Below, in pieces: positions 13,631-22,858 of a DNA stretch of 32,000 nucleotides. Source of the stretch: Longivirga aurantiaca (lineage in GTDB: Bacteria > Actinomycetota > Actinomycetes > S36-B12 > CAIYMF01); the NCBI RefSeq assembly GCF_042660085.1, contig NZ_JBHSTI010000008.1, positions 720,001 through 752,000 of the forward strand. The letters are read 5' to 3'. The position numbers and the translations under genes were made by a program. The notes under the pieces were generated by a model. It ran no database searches, was not told where the DNA came from, and saw only the letters and a program-made list of their open reading frames with translations. Each line of letters begins with the position of its first letter. The first letter of the stretch is position 1.

Positions 13631-15508
13631 ATGGGCCGTCGGATCGTCGCCGCCGTGCTCGTTGCCGCCGTCGCAGCTCTCGTCGGTGCGGTCGGTGCTG
13701 CCCCGTCGTACGCCGCCGACGACGCAGCGACGCAGCTCGCGCAGAAGTACTCGCCCGTCGTGGTCGTGCGCGACCAGAGCGAGGCCTGCGCCGACGGCGA
13801 GCCCTACGTGCCGACCGCGGTCGAGACGGTGCTGGGCAACGGCGACGTCACCCTCATCGGTCCGGACGGGCAGTCGTTCGACGCGCCGACGGCGTCCGAC
13901 CTCGCGGGCAAGGGCGAGGGCTGGTACCTCGACCTGCCGGGCAACCCGCTCGACCCGGGCTGCGACTACGACCGCTGGTTCCGCGAGGCCGCTGCCGGCA
14001 CGCCGTCGACCGTCTACTCCCGAGTGGCCTCCGACCCGGCCGACAGGGGCAAGGTCGTCCTGCAGTACTGGATGTTCTGGGTCTTCAACGACTGGAACGA
14101 CAAGCACGAGGGCGACTGGGAGATGATCCAGCTCGTCTTCCCCGCGAGCACGGCCGAGGAGGCGCTGACGGTCGCGCCCGAGAGCACGGCCTTCGCCCAG
14201 CACGAGGGGTCCGAGGTGGCCCAGTGGGACGCCGACAAGGTGCACAAGGACGGCGACCACGTCGCGGTCTACCCCGGGCAGGGCTCGCACGCGGCGTACT
14301 ACACGCAGGCGCAGTGGTTCGGGAAGAGCGCCGCGGCCGGCTTCGGCTGCGACAGCACCATGGCCATGGGACGCGAGGTCCGTCCCGAGGTCGTGATGCT
14401 GCCCGAGACCCCGACCGGCGACTTCGCGTGGCTGACCTTCACCGGGCGCTGGGGTCAGAAGGCGCCGTCGTTCAACAACGGCCCGACCGGCCCGAGCAGC
14501 AAGACGCAGTGGGCCGAACCCGTGCAGTGGCAGCTCGAGCAGGGGCGGCCTGACGCCGTGCCGCTCCCGACCATCGGCGGACCCTCAGTCACGGGCTTCT
14601 GCGAGCTCACCCAGGCGGTCTCGCTGCTGTTCGTCGACCTGCTGAACTCACCCGGGATCGTGCTCGGCGTCATCATCGGGGCGCTGATGCTGCTCGCGTT
14701 CGTCGCCGCGCGCACCGACTTCTTCAACGACGACGACCCCACCATCGACCGGCGCCGCAAGGCGGGCCAGATCGCGGTGGCCTCGCTCGACCTGATGCGC
14801 AAGAAGACCGGTGCCTTCTGGGTGCCAGGACTCATCGTGATGGGCTCGGTCGCCTTCAACCTGCTCGTCGCGCGGATCCTCGTGCGCGCGACACCGGGCG
14901 ACACCCTCACCGACGTCAACGGTCTTAGCGAGCAGGTCACCGGCGCCGTGCTCACGATCCTGGTGTCGCTGCTCCTGCTGCCCGTGGTGGCGTTCGCGAT
15001 GGCCACCACGGTCGAGATCGTCGACGCGATCGCCCGGGGCCGGGAGATCTCCGGTCCGGTGGCGTTCCACCGTGTGCTGGTGCACCCCGGCGGCTGGGTC
15101 GTCGCGATCATCGCGTACGTCGTCGTCACGCTCATGGCGTCGACCTGGTGGCTGCTGCCGATCGCGCTGTACCTGCTGGCCCGCTGGTCGGTCGCGCTGC
15201 CCGCGACCGAGCTCGAGGACGAGGGCGTGCGGGCCGGGCTGCGGCGCAGCTCGCAGATCACGAAGGGCCACCGCCTGCGCGCGGCACTGCTCGGAGGCTT
15301 CCTCGTCTGGCTCGCTTTCTCGCTGCCCGCGAGCATCGGCGCGATCGTCCTGCTCGTCACGGGCTGGCCGTTCTGGACCACCAACCTCATCGCGCTGGTG
15401 ATCGCCGCCGTCCTGGTGCCCGTCGCCACGATCGGTCTCACGCTGCTCTACTACGACTTGCGCAGCAGGCACGACGTGCCCGACCCGGTGCCGTCAGCCG
15501 CCGGGTGA
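13631..15508 (+). CDS. Secreted Vps62-like domain fused to a multi-TM C-terminal membrane domain
   Basis: ATG at 13631 after gggaggggagcc. Signal-peptide-like N-terminus ending APSYAADD. Motif LQYWMFWVFNDWNDKHEGDWEMIQLVF. About 6-7 hydrophobic segments from roughly residue 345 onward. Confidence 0.72.
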   Translation: MGRRIVAAVLVAAVAALVGAVGAAPSYAADDAATQLAQKYSPVVVVRDQSEACADGEPYVPTAVETVLGNGDVTLIGPDGQSFDAPTASDLAGKGEGWYLDLPGNPLDPGCDYDRWFREAAAGTPSTVYSRVASDPADRGKVVLQYWMFWVFNDWNDKHEGDWEMIQLVFPASTAEEALTVAPESTAFAQHEGSEVAQWDADKVHKDGDHVAVYPGQGSHAAYYTQAQWFGKSAAAGFGCDSTMAMGREVRPEVVMLPETPTGDFAWLTFTGRWGQKAPSFNNGPTGPSSKTQWAEPVQWQLEQGRPDAVPLPTIGGPSVTGFCELTQAVSLLFVDLLNSPGIVLGVIIGALMLLAFVAARTDFFNDDDPTIDRRRKAGQIAVASLDLMRKKTGAFWVPGLIVMGSVAFNLLVARILVRATPGDTLTDVNGLSEQVTGAVLTILVSLLLLPVVAFAMATTVEIVDAIARGREISGPVAFHRVLVHPGGWVVAIIAYVVVTLMASTWWLLPIALYLLARWSVALPATELEDEGVRAGLRRSSQITKGHRLRAALLGGFLVWLAFSLPASIGAIVLLVTGWPFWTTNLIALVIAAVLVPVATIGLTLLYYDLRSRHDVPDPVPSAAG

Positions 15509-16117
15509 GGGCAGCAGGCCGCGCTCGAGCGCGTGGGTGACGGCCGCGGTGCGGTCGGAGACGCCGAGCTTGTCGAACACGTGCAGCAGGTGCGACTTCA
15601 CCGTCGCCTCGCCGATGAACAGGTCGCGGGCGATGTCCGGGTTCGACTTCCCCTGCGCCACGAGCGCGAGCACCTCGAGCTCGCGGGGCGTGAGCTGGTC
15701 GCCACCGCGCACCTGCCGCATGAGCTTGGCCGCAAGCGGTGCCGCCAGCACCGTCTCGCCCCGCGCCGCAGCCCGCACTGCGGCGAGCAGCTGGTCGCGC
15801 GGCGTGTCCTTGAGCAGGTAGCCGGTCGCGCCGGCCTCGACCGCGCGCAGGATGTCGCCGTCGGTGTCGTACGTCGTGAGCACCAGCACGCGCGCGGTTC
15901 CTGCCGCCGTGATCTCCGCGGTCGCGGACGCGCCGTCGAGCACGGGCATCCGCAGGTCCATGAGCACGACGTCCGGCGTCAGCGACGCCGCGAGCGTCAC
16001 GCCCTCGCGGCCGTTGCCGGCCTCACCGACCACCTCGAGGTCGGCCTCGCTGCCGAGCAGGCCCACGAGCCCGCTGCGCACCACCGGGTGGTCGTCGACG
16101 ACCAGCACGCGGATCAC
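15494..16117 (-). CDS. NarL/LuxR-family response regulator
   Basis: Receiver VLVVDDHPVVRSGL...VVLMDLRMPVLDG, and HTH LTPRELEVLALVAQGKSNPDIARDLFIGEATVKSHLLHVFDKLGVSDRT. Confidence 0.96.
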   Translation of the reverse strand: MIRVLVVDDHPVVRSGLVGLLGSEADLEVVGEAGNGREGVTLAASLTPDVVLMDLRMPVLDGASATAEITAAGTARVLVLTTYDTDGDILRAVEAGATGYLLKDTPRDQLLAAVRAAARGETVLAAPLAAKLMRQVRGGDQLTPRELEVLALVAQGKSNPDIARDLFIGEATVKSHLLHVFDKLGVSDRTAAVTHALERGLLPSPGG

Positions 16118-17277
16118 GGCACCCTCACCCTCACACGCGTCCCCGCCCCGGGGGTCGACTCGACCGACGACAGGCCGCCGACGGACTCGACCCGCTGAGC
16201 CAGCCCGTCGAGACCGTAGCCGGGTCGCGGGGCGGCGGGGTCGAAGCCGGCGCCGTCGTCGCTCACCGACACGGTCGCGCCGTCCTCGTCGTAATGGAGC
16301 ACCACGTCCACGCGGGTCGCACCCGCGTGCTTGCGCACGTTCGCGAGCGCCTCCTGGGTGGCGCGCAGGGCGACGACGTCCGACGTCGACGACAGCGGTC
16401 CGGCCTCGCCCTCGACGCAGAACGTCGATGCGATGCCCGTGTCGCGGCTGAAGCGGTCGACGAGCCGGGCGAGCGCGTCGGGCAGCCTGTCGCCCTCGAG
16501 AGCCGGGGGCGTCATGGCGCCGACCAGTGCGCGCGCCTCGGCTAGGCCCTCGCGGGCGGTCTCCTGGATCTGGCGCAGCCGTGCGACGGCCTCGGCGCTC
16601 TGCCCGTCTGCCGCTGCGGTCTCTCCCGCCTGCGACAGCATCACGATGCTCGTGAAGCCTTGGGCGAGCGTGTCGTGGATGTCGCGCGCGAGGCGCTCGC
16701 GCTCGGCCACGGCGCCGGCCTCGCGCTCGAGGGCCGCCAGCTCTCCCTGGGTGGTCTGCAGCTGCTCGAGCAGCTGCTTGCGTGCCCGGCTCTCGCGCAC
16801 GATCCCGTCGATGAACAGACCGATCACAAGTGCGAACACGATGTTGCCGACGGCCATGAAACCGTTGAGCAGCAACGCATCACGGCTGAAGCCGTCGCGA
16901 GCAGCAAGGGTGAGCGTGAAGGTCAGCGTGATCGCGACGGTCGCGATGATCGCTCCCCGTCGCTCGAGGAGCACGAAGCCGAGCGGGTAGATCGCGAACA
17001 GGATCACGAGCGACGCCGGGTCGCGGTAGGTCATGAGCGCGATGACCACGCACGCCACCACGAGGAACGGCACCGACCTGCGCAGCGAGGCGCACCCCTG
17101 GCGGGGGAACCACACGAGCAGGTACGCCGCGACCAGCACCATCAGCAGCGGGACGATGGAGGCCGCGCTGCCGTTGAGCGCGGTCAGCACCGCCGTCGCG
17201 ACGACCATGGCGCCGAAGAGCACGTGCCAGCCGACGAGAGTCCGCTCGGCGAAGTCGCGCTCCTCGGTGCCGGTCAT
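16114..17277 (-). CDS. Sensor histidine kinase (HisKA_3 type)
   Basis: N-terminal TM segments; H-box RERLARDIHDTLAQGFTSIVMLSQ; ATP-binding VSDDGAGFDP...GYGLDGLAQRVESVGG. ATG at 17277; overlaps the regulator start by 4 nt. Confidence 0.94.
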   Translation of the reverse strand: MTGTEERDFAERTLVGWHVLFGAMVVATAVLTALNGSAASIVPLLMVLVAAYLLVWFPRQGCASLRRSVPFLVVACVVIALMTYRDPASLVILFAIYPLGFVLLERRGAIIATVAITLTFTLTLAARDGFSRDALLLNGFMAVGNIVFALVIGLFIDGIVRESRARKQLLEQLQTTQGELAALEREAGAVAERERLARDIHDTLAQGFTSIVMLSQAGETAAADGQSAEAVARLRQIQETAREGLAEARALVGAMTPPALEGDRLPDALARLVDRFSRDTGIASTFCVEGEAGPLSSTSDVVALRATQEALANVRKHAGATRVDVVLHYDEDGATVSVSDDGAGFDPAAPRPGYGLDGLAQRVESVGGLSSVESTPGAGTRVRVRVP

Positions 17278-17282
17278 GTCGT

Positions 17283-18125
17283 TCAGTTCTCGCCGCGCTT
17301 GTTCCAGCGGAAGAACACCAGGCTGAGCACGAGCCCGCCGATGGTCCAGGCGATCAGCACGGCGGCGCACTTGGCGAGCTCGAACGAGCCGGTCACCTCG
17401 AGCGCCGCGGCGGACTCCGGCAGGAACACGCTGCGCATCGCCTGGGTGAGCCACTTCAGCGGGAACAGCGACGCGAACTGCTGCATCCACGTCGGAAGGT
17501 TCTGGAAGAGGAAGAACACGCCGGACGTGAACTGCAGCACCAGCACGATCGGGCTGACGACCGCCGAGGCACCCTTGGCGTTCTTGGGCACCACGCTGAA
17601 CGCGATGCCGAGCAAGGTGCACGACACCAGGCCGAGCACCGACGCCCAGGCGAAGGTGAACCACTGGCTGCCGCTCGGAAGCTCGATGCCGTAGAAGGCG
17701 ACGCCGATGAGGATCAGCAGCGTCACCTGGGCGGCGTACGCCACGAAGACGAGGCCGATCTTGCCGATGAAGTAGGAGACCTTCGGCATGGGCGTGCCCT
17801 GGATGCGCTTGAGCGTGCCGTCGTCGCGCTCCATCGGGATGGCGATCGCGAGGTTCTGGAAGCTCGTGTAGAGCACGCCCGAGGCGATCATGCCCGCGAC
17901 GAAGTACTGCGCGAACGTGATGCCGGTGGGTCCGAGCGTCTGGCCGCCGAAGACCGAGCCGAAGATGATCATCAGCAGCATCGGCAGGGCGAAGTTCCAG
18001 ACCGCGGAGTTCCTGTCGCGGAAGAACGACTTGAGCTCGATCGCGACGCGGCGGCGGCCGAGGCTGAAGGCCCCGGGGGGCGCGAGCGGCGCGGCCGGTG
18101 CGGGGTGGGCCGTGGTCGTCGTCAT
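17283..18125 (-). CDS. ABC-2 type transporter permease
   Basis: ABC-2 membrane protein with motifs AVWNFALPMLLMIIFGSVFG, MERDDGTLKRIQGTPM, FQNLPTWMQQFASLFPLKWLTQAMR. Start overlaps the upstream ATPase stop (ATGA). Confidence 0.93.
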   Translation of the reverse strand: MTTTTAHPAPAAPLAPPGAFSLGRRRVAIELKSFFRDRNSAVWNFALPMLLMIIFGSVFGGQTLGPTGITFAQYFVAGMIASGVLYTSFQNLAIAIPMERDDGTLKRIQGTPMPKVSYFIGKIGLVFVAYAAQVTLLILIGVAFYGIELPSGSQWFTFAWASVLGLVSCTLLGIAFSVVPKNAKGASAVVSPIVLVLQFTSGVFFLFQNLPTWMQQFASLFPLKWLTQAMRSVFLPESAAALEVTGSFELAKCAAVLIAWTIGGLVLSLVFFRWNKRGEN

Positions 18126-19036
18126 GATGCGTCCTCGTCCTCGTTGTCGTGACCGATGAGCGAGAGGTACACGTCCTCGAGGCTCGGCCGGTGGATGGCG
18201 AGCCCCGGCACCTCGCCGCCGAAGCGGGCGGCGAGCTCGCCGACGACCCGGGTGGGCTCGGTGGTCTGCTCGGTGCGGACCTCCTCGCCCTCCTTCCAGG
18301 TCAGCGTGGCGTGCGACTCGTCGCGGCCGCCGAGGCGCGACGGGATGTCGCAGGCGATGACGCGCCCGCGGGCGATGACCGCCACGCGGTCGGCCAGCAC
18401 CTCGGCCTCGTCGAGGTAGTGCGTCGTCAGCAGGATGGTCGTGCCCTCGCCCTTGAGGTCCGCGATGAGGCCCCAGAACTCCCGGCGCGCCTCGGGGTCG
18501 AAGCCGGTCGTCGGCTCGTCGAGGAACAGCAGCTCCGGCCGCCCGATGATGCCGAGAGCGACGTCGAGCCGGCGGCGCTGGCCGCCGGACAGGTTGCTGC
18601 CGCGCGTCGTGCGCTTCTCGGTGAGGCCGACCCAGTCGATGACCTCGTCGACGTCGCGCGGTCTCGGGTAGTAGCCGGCGAAGTGCTTCACCGACTCCTC
18701 GACCGTGAGGTCGCCGAGGTCCGCAGCGGTCTGCAGGACGATGCCGAGGCGGCTGCGCCACAGCGGGTCGGTGTGCGACGGGTCCTGACCGAGCACGGAC
18801 ACCTCGCCGGCGTCACGGTGGCGGTAGCCCTCGAGGATCTCGGTCGTGGTCGTCTTGCCGGCGCCGTTGGGGCCGAGCAGGGCGAGCACCTCGCCGCGCA
18901 CGACGTCGAGATCGACGCCGTCGCAGGCCCTGGTCTCGCCGTACGACTTGGCCAGGCCGCGCACGCGCACGGCGACGTCGGCGTCGTCGGGCACGGGGAC
19001 GACCAGGGCGTCACCGGATGTCGTGGTCGTTGTCAT
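18122..19036 (-). CDS. ABC transporter ATP-binding protein
   Basis: Walker A GPNGAGKTTTTEIL, signature NLSGGQRRRLDVALG, Walker B LLFLDEPTTGFDP. ATG at 19036 gives 304 aa; the longer ORF in the track is an upstream extension. Confidence 0.96.
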   Translation of the reverse strand: MTTTTTSGDALVVPVPDDADVAVRVRGLAKSYGETRACDGVDLDVVRGEVLALLGPNGAGKTTTTEILEGYRHRDAGEVSVLGQDPSHTDPLWRSRLGIVLQTAADLGDLTVEESVKHFAGYYPRPRDVDEVIDWVGLTEKRTTRGSNLSGGQRRRLDVALGIIGRPELLFLDEPTTGFDPEARREFWGLIADLKGEGTTILLTTHYLDEAEVLADRVAVIARGRVIACDIPSRLGGRDESHATLTWKEGEEVRTEQTTEPTRVVGELAARFGGEVPGLAIHRPSLEDVYLSLIGHDNEDEDAS

Positions 19037-19134
19037 GGGTCCACCATCCCGCAGCACAGGCATCCGACGCAGCGAACCAGCGGTTGCTTCTCGCCTCCAC
19101 CGGTCGGTGGAGGCGGCAGTCCACCCGCGAGCGG

Positions 19135-19809
19135 TCAGAAGAGCCGGGAGTCGACGTCGTCGAGCCCTCGGAGGGCGTCGTAGTCGAGCACCACGCACTC
19201 GATGCCGCGGTCGGCCGCGAGCACCTTGGCCTGGGGCTTGATCTCCTGCGCGGCGAAGATCCCGCGCACGGGGGCCAGCAGCGGGTCGCGGTTGAGGAGC
19301 TCGAGGTAGCGGGTCAGCTGCTCCACGCCGTCGATCTCGCCCCGGCGCTTGATCTCGATCGCGACGGCGAGGCCGTCGGCGTCGCGGGCCATGATGTCGA
19401 CCGGCCCGATGGCGGTCGGGAACTCGCGGCGCACGAGCCGCCAGCCCTCGCCGAGGGTCTCGATCTGGGCGGCCAGCAGCGCCTGGAGGTGTGCCTCGAC
19501 GCCGTCCTTCACCAGGCCCGGGTCCTGGCCCAGCACGTGCTCGGTGTCGTGGTGCACTGCCTCGAGCGTGATCACGAGCGTCTCGCCCGCCTTGTTCGTG
19601 ACGGTCCACGTGCCGGTGCCGTCGTCAGCCTCGTCCACGGCCAGGGAGCAGGGCGGGCTCATCCAGTTCAGCGGCTTGTACGACCCGCCGTCGGAGTGCA
19701 CGAGCACGGAGCCGTCGGCCTTCACCAGGAGCAGCCTCATGGCGCTCGGGAGGTGGGCGGTGAGACGGCCCGCATAGTCGACGGAGCACGTGGCGATGAC
19801 GAGGCGCAC
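19135..19809 (-). CDS. nucS: Endonuclease NucS (mismatch endonuclease of actinobacteria)
   Basis: [52 protein letters not shown]; nuclease segment [36 protein letters not shown]; C-terminal SRLF. Alternative GTG start at 19818. Confidence 0.95.
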   Translation of the reverse strand: MRLVIATCSVDYAGRLTAHLPSAMRLLLVKADGSVLVHSDGGSYKPLNWMSPPCSLAVDEADDGTGTWTVTNKAGETLVITLEAVHHDTEHVLGQDPGLVKDGVEAHLQALLAAQIETLGEGWRLVRREFPTAIGPVDIMARDADGLAVAIEIKRRGEIDGVEQLTRYLELLNRDPLLAPVRGIFAAQEIKPQAKVLAADRGIECVVLDYDALRGLDDVDSRLF

Positions 19810-19973
19810 CCGCTGCACGCTAGTGCCTCGACCCGGTCGTCCGGACCCCCGGGTGGGCCGGACCCGGGCGCTGCTTCCGGTACATCCGGTGCCACGATGG
19901 TCCCAGACCTCGCCGCCGCGGTCGTCCGCCCCGGCGTGCCGTGCGGGGCAGCACAGACTGAGGAGACAAGTCC

Positions 19974-21752
19974 ATGTCGCGTGACATCCGCCGGATCGGC
20001 GTCGTCGGCCTCGGCACCATGGGTGCAGGCATCGCGGAGGTGTTCGCCGCGAACGGTTACGACGTCGTCGGCGTCGACGCCAACGACGCCGCGGTCGAGC
20101 GCGGCCGCGGCCACGTCGAGGGCTCCACCTCGCGCGCCGTGAAGCGCGGGAAGCTTACCGAGGACGAGCGCGCCGCCACCCTCGGCCGGATCCGCTACGC
20201 CACCGACCTCGCCGAGCTGGCCGACCGCGACCTCGTGGTCGAGGCCGTCAGCGAGAGCCTCGATCTCAAGCGCGGGATCTTCGAGCAGCTCGACGCCATC
20301 GTCGGCCCCGACGCCATCCTCGCGACCAACACCTCCTCCCTCTCGGTCACCGACATCGCCGTCGCGACGGGCCGCCCTGCGCAGGTCGTGGGCATGCACT
20401 TCTTCAACCCGGCGCCGGTCCTGAAGTTCGTCGAGGTCGTGCGCACGGTCGTCTCCGACCCGGGTGTGGTGCAGGACGTCGAGGCGCTCGCCTCCTCGCT
20501 CGGCAAGCTGCCCGTCGTCGTCGACGACAAGGCGGGCTTCATCGCCAACGCGCTGCTGTTCGGCTACCTCAACCACGCGGTGTCGATGTTCGAGACGAAG
20601 TACGCCACCCGCGAGGACATCGACGCGTCGATGAAGCTCGGCTGCGGCCTCCCGATGGGTCCGCTCGCTCTGCTCGACCTCATCGGCCTCGACACGGCGT
20701 ACGAGATCCTCGACACGATGTACAAGCAGGGGCGCGACCGCCTGCACGCACCGAGCCCGGCGCTCAAGCAGATGGTCACCGCGGGCCTGCGCGGCCGCAA
20801 GACCGGTCGCGGCTTCTACACGTATGAGGCGCCCAACTCGCCCGTCGTCATCGCCGACGCGCTCACCCCGGTCGACGGCGGTGCGTCCGACACCCCGCTG
20901 CGCCCGGTCGACAAGGTCGGCGTCGTCGGCTCCGGCACCATGGCGACCGGCATCATCGAGGTCTTCGCGAAGGCCGGAATCCCCGTGCTCTACGTCGCCC
21001 GCGGCGACGACAAGGTCGCGCGCGTGCGCACCAACCTCGAGCGCTCGCTCGACAAGGGCGTCGCCCGCGGCAAGCTCACGCAGGAGGCGCGCGACGCCGC
21101 GCTCGCGATCGTGTCCGGCACGACGGAGCTCGACGACCTCGCCGACGTCGACCTCGTGGTCGAGGCCGTGGTCGAGGACCTCGCAGTCAAGACGGTGCTC
21201 TTCGGGGCGCTCGACGAGATCTGCAAGCCGGGCGCGATCCTCGCGACCACGACGTCGAGCCTCTCGGTCGTCGACCTCGCCGCGGTCACGAAGTACCCGC
21301 AGGACGTGGTGGGCCTGCACTTCTTCAACCCCGCGCCGATCATGAAGCTCGTCGAGGTCGTCTCGACGGTCGCCACCGCGGCCGACGTCGTGGCCACGTC
21401 CGTCGACCTCTGCCGGCGCATCGGCAAGCACCCGGTGACCTGCGGCGACCGTGCCGGCTTCATCGTCAACGCGCTGCTGTTCCCCTACCTCAACGACGCC
21501 GTGCGGATGCTCGAGGCCAACTACGCCACGGCCGACGACATCGACACCGCCATGAAGACCGGATGCGGCTACCCCATGGGCCCGTTCGAGCTGCTCGACG
21601 TCGTGGGCCTCGACGTGTCGCTGGCGATCCAGCGCACGCTGTACCTCGAGTTCCGCGAGCCGGGCTTCGCGCCGGCCCCGCGGCTCGAGCACCTCGTGAC
21701 GGCCGGCTACCTCGGCCGCAAGACCGGCCGCGGCTTCCGCACCTACGACTGA
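19974..21752 (+). CDS. 3-hydroxyacyl-CoA dehydrogenase with two tandem complete domains
   Basis: Two Rossmann motifs ([17 protein letters not shown] and [20 protein letters not shown]), two SSLSV..A/DLAAVT...VVGxHFFNPAP segments, and two [11 protein letters not shown] endings. Confidence 0.93.
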   Translation: MSRDIRRIGVVGLGTMGAGIAEVFAANGYDVVGVDANDAAVERGRGHVEGSTSRAVKRGKLTEDERAATLGRIRYATDLAELADRDLVVEAVSESLDLKRGIFEQLDAIVGPDAILATNTSSLSVTDIAVATGRPAQVVGMHFFNPAPVLKFVEVVRTVVSDPGVVQDVEALASSLGKLPVVVDDKAGFIANALLFGYLNHAVSMFETKYATREDIDASMKLGCGLPMGPLALLDLIGLDTAYEILDTMYKQGRDRLHAPSPALKQMVTAGLRGRKTGRGFYTYEAPNSPVVIADALTPVDGGASDTPLRPVDKVGVVGSGTMATGIIEVFAKAGIPVLYVARGDDKVARVRTNLERSLDKGVARGKLTQEARDAALAIVSGTTELDDLADVDLVVEAVVEDLAVKTVLFGALDEICKPGAILATTTSSLSVVDLAAVTKYPQDVVGLHFFNPAPIMKLVEVVSTVATAADVVATSVDLCRRIGKHPVTCGDRAGFIVNALLFPYLNDAVRMLEANYATADDIDTAMKTGCGYPMGPFELLDVVGLDVSLAIQRTLYLEFREPGFAPAPRLEHLVTAGYLGRKTGRGFRTYD

Positions 21753-21766
21753 CCTACGATCGACGG

Positions 21767-22072
21767 GTGGCACGTCGCAACCGTAGGGCGGAGGACTCCG
21801 GCCCCCGTCCCCTCCGCGGGGACTTCCAGCAGGTCGAGGAGCACCCGGACGGCGACTGGGCCGTGCGGAGCATCAGCGGCTCGTCGGCGTCCAAGACCTA
21901 CCGCTGCCCGGGGTGCGACCAGGAGATCCGCCCGGGCGTGCCGCATGTCGTCGCGTGGCCGGCCGACCGGTCCTCGGGCGAGGACGACCGACGGCACTGG
22001 CACACGCCGTGCTGGAACGCGCGCGGCCGCCGCAGCCCGCGCACGAGCCGCGGCAGCGCCCCGCGCCACTGA
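21767..22072 (+). CDS. Small conserved Zn-binding-like protein (CxxC...HxxxxxHWHxxCW)
   Basis: GTG start at 21767; 101 aa with TYRCPGCDQEIRPGVPHVVAWPADRSSGEDDRRHWHTPCWNARGRR. Confidence 0.75.
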   Translation: MARRNRRAEDSGPRPLRGDFQQVEEHPDGDWAVRSISGSSASKTYRCPGCDQEIRPGVPHVVAWPADRSSGEDDRRHWHTPCWNARGRRSPRTSRGSAPRH

Positions 22073-22120
22073 GCACCCGAGTGCCGAGCACCCGCGTCAC
22101 CACGAACCCGGAGGACCGAG

Positions 22121-22858
22121 TTGGCCGAGATCATCGCGGGGAGCGTGCTGCCCGCCCGGCGGGAGGCGCTGACGCTGACGACGTCGGACGGCTTGCGCCT
22201 CGTCGGCGAGCTCGCCCTGCCGGAGGATCGCGACCCGGTCGCCACGATCGTGTGCCTGCACCCGTTGCCCACGCACGGCGGCTTCATGGACAGCCACCTC
22301 TACCGCAAGGCCGCGTGGCGGCTCCCGGCGCTCGCCGGCGTCGCGGTGCTGCGCTTCAACACCCGTGGCACCACGAGCCCCGCGGGCACGAGCGAGGGCG
22401 CGTTCGACAGCGGCGAGGGCGAGGGCAGGGACCTCGTCGCGGCGGTCCTCGAGACCATCCACCGCGGCCTCCCCGATCCGTGGCTGGTCGGATGGTCGTT
22501 CGGCACCGACGTCGTGCTGAAGCACGGAAACACCGACCCGGTGCTCGGCGCGTTCCTCATCTCGCCGCCTCTGCGCTTCTCGGTCGACGACGACCTCGAC
22601 CAGTGGGCGATGTCGGGGCGGCCGGTCACGTGCCTCGTGCCCGAGCTCGACGACTACCTGCGCCCCGACGAGGCCCGCGAGCGGTTCGCGCGCATCCCCC
22701 AGGCCGAGGTGATCGGCGTCGAGGGCGCCAAGCACCTGTGGGTGGGGGAGAAGTACGTCAGGATCGTGCACGACACGCTCGTCGAGCGGCTGGTGCCCGG
22801 CGGGCCGCCGATCGACTACGACTGGCACGGACCCATGGAGAGGTGGAGCGACCTGTGA
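22121..22858 (+). CDS. Alpha/beta hydrolase family protein
   Basis: TTG start after gaggaccgag. Nucleophile elbow LVGWSFGTDV, oxyanion region VCLHPLPTHGG, C-terminal histidine GAKHLWVG. Confidence 0.88.
   Translation: MAEIIAGSVLPARREALTLTTSDGLRLVGELALPEDRDPVATIVCLHPLPTHGGFMDSHLYRKAAWRLPALAGVAVLRFNTRGTTSPAGTSEGAFDSGEGEGRDLVAAVLETIHRGLPDPWLVGWSFGTDVVLKHGNTDPVLGAFLISPPLRFSVDDDLDQWAMSGRPVTCLVPELDDYLRPDEARERFARIPQAEVIGVEGAKHLWVGEKYVRIVHDTLVERLVPGGPPIDYDWHGPMERWSDL

Noticed and set aside
15494-15508. 15-bp convergent overlap between the Vps62-like gene and the response regulator gene
   Set aside because: Short tail-to-tail overlaps are routine in compact actinobacterial genomes, and no further structure is visible.
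16114-17664. Long 516 aa version of the histidine kinase
   Set aside because: The extension overlaps the permease in another frame and is Arg/Pro/His-rich. The ATG at 17277 fits the operon spacing.
18105-19036. Repeated ACG/ACC-rich starts (MTTTT...) of both ABC genes, resembling a short duplicated sequence
   Set aside because: Short Thr-rich N-termini are common in high-GC actinobacteria, and atpD also begins [10 protein letters not shown]. There is no evidence of a functional repeat.
18122-19609. Long 495 aa version of the ABC ATPase
   Set aside because: The upstream extension is low-complexity antisense to nucS. The ATG at 19036 gives a standard-length ATPase.
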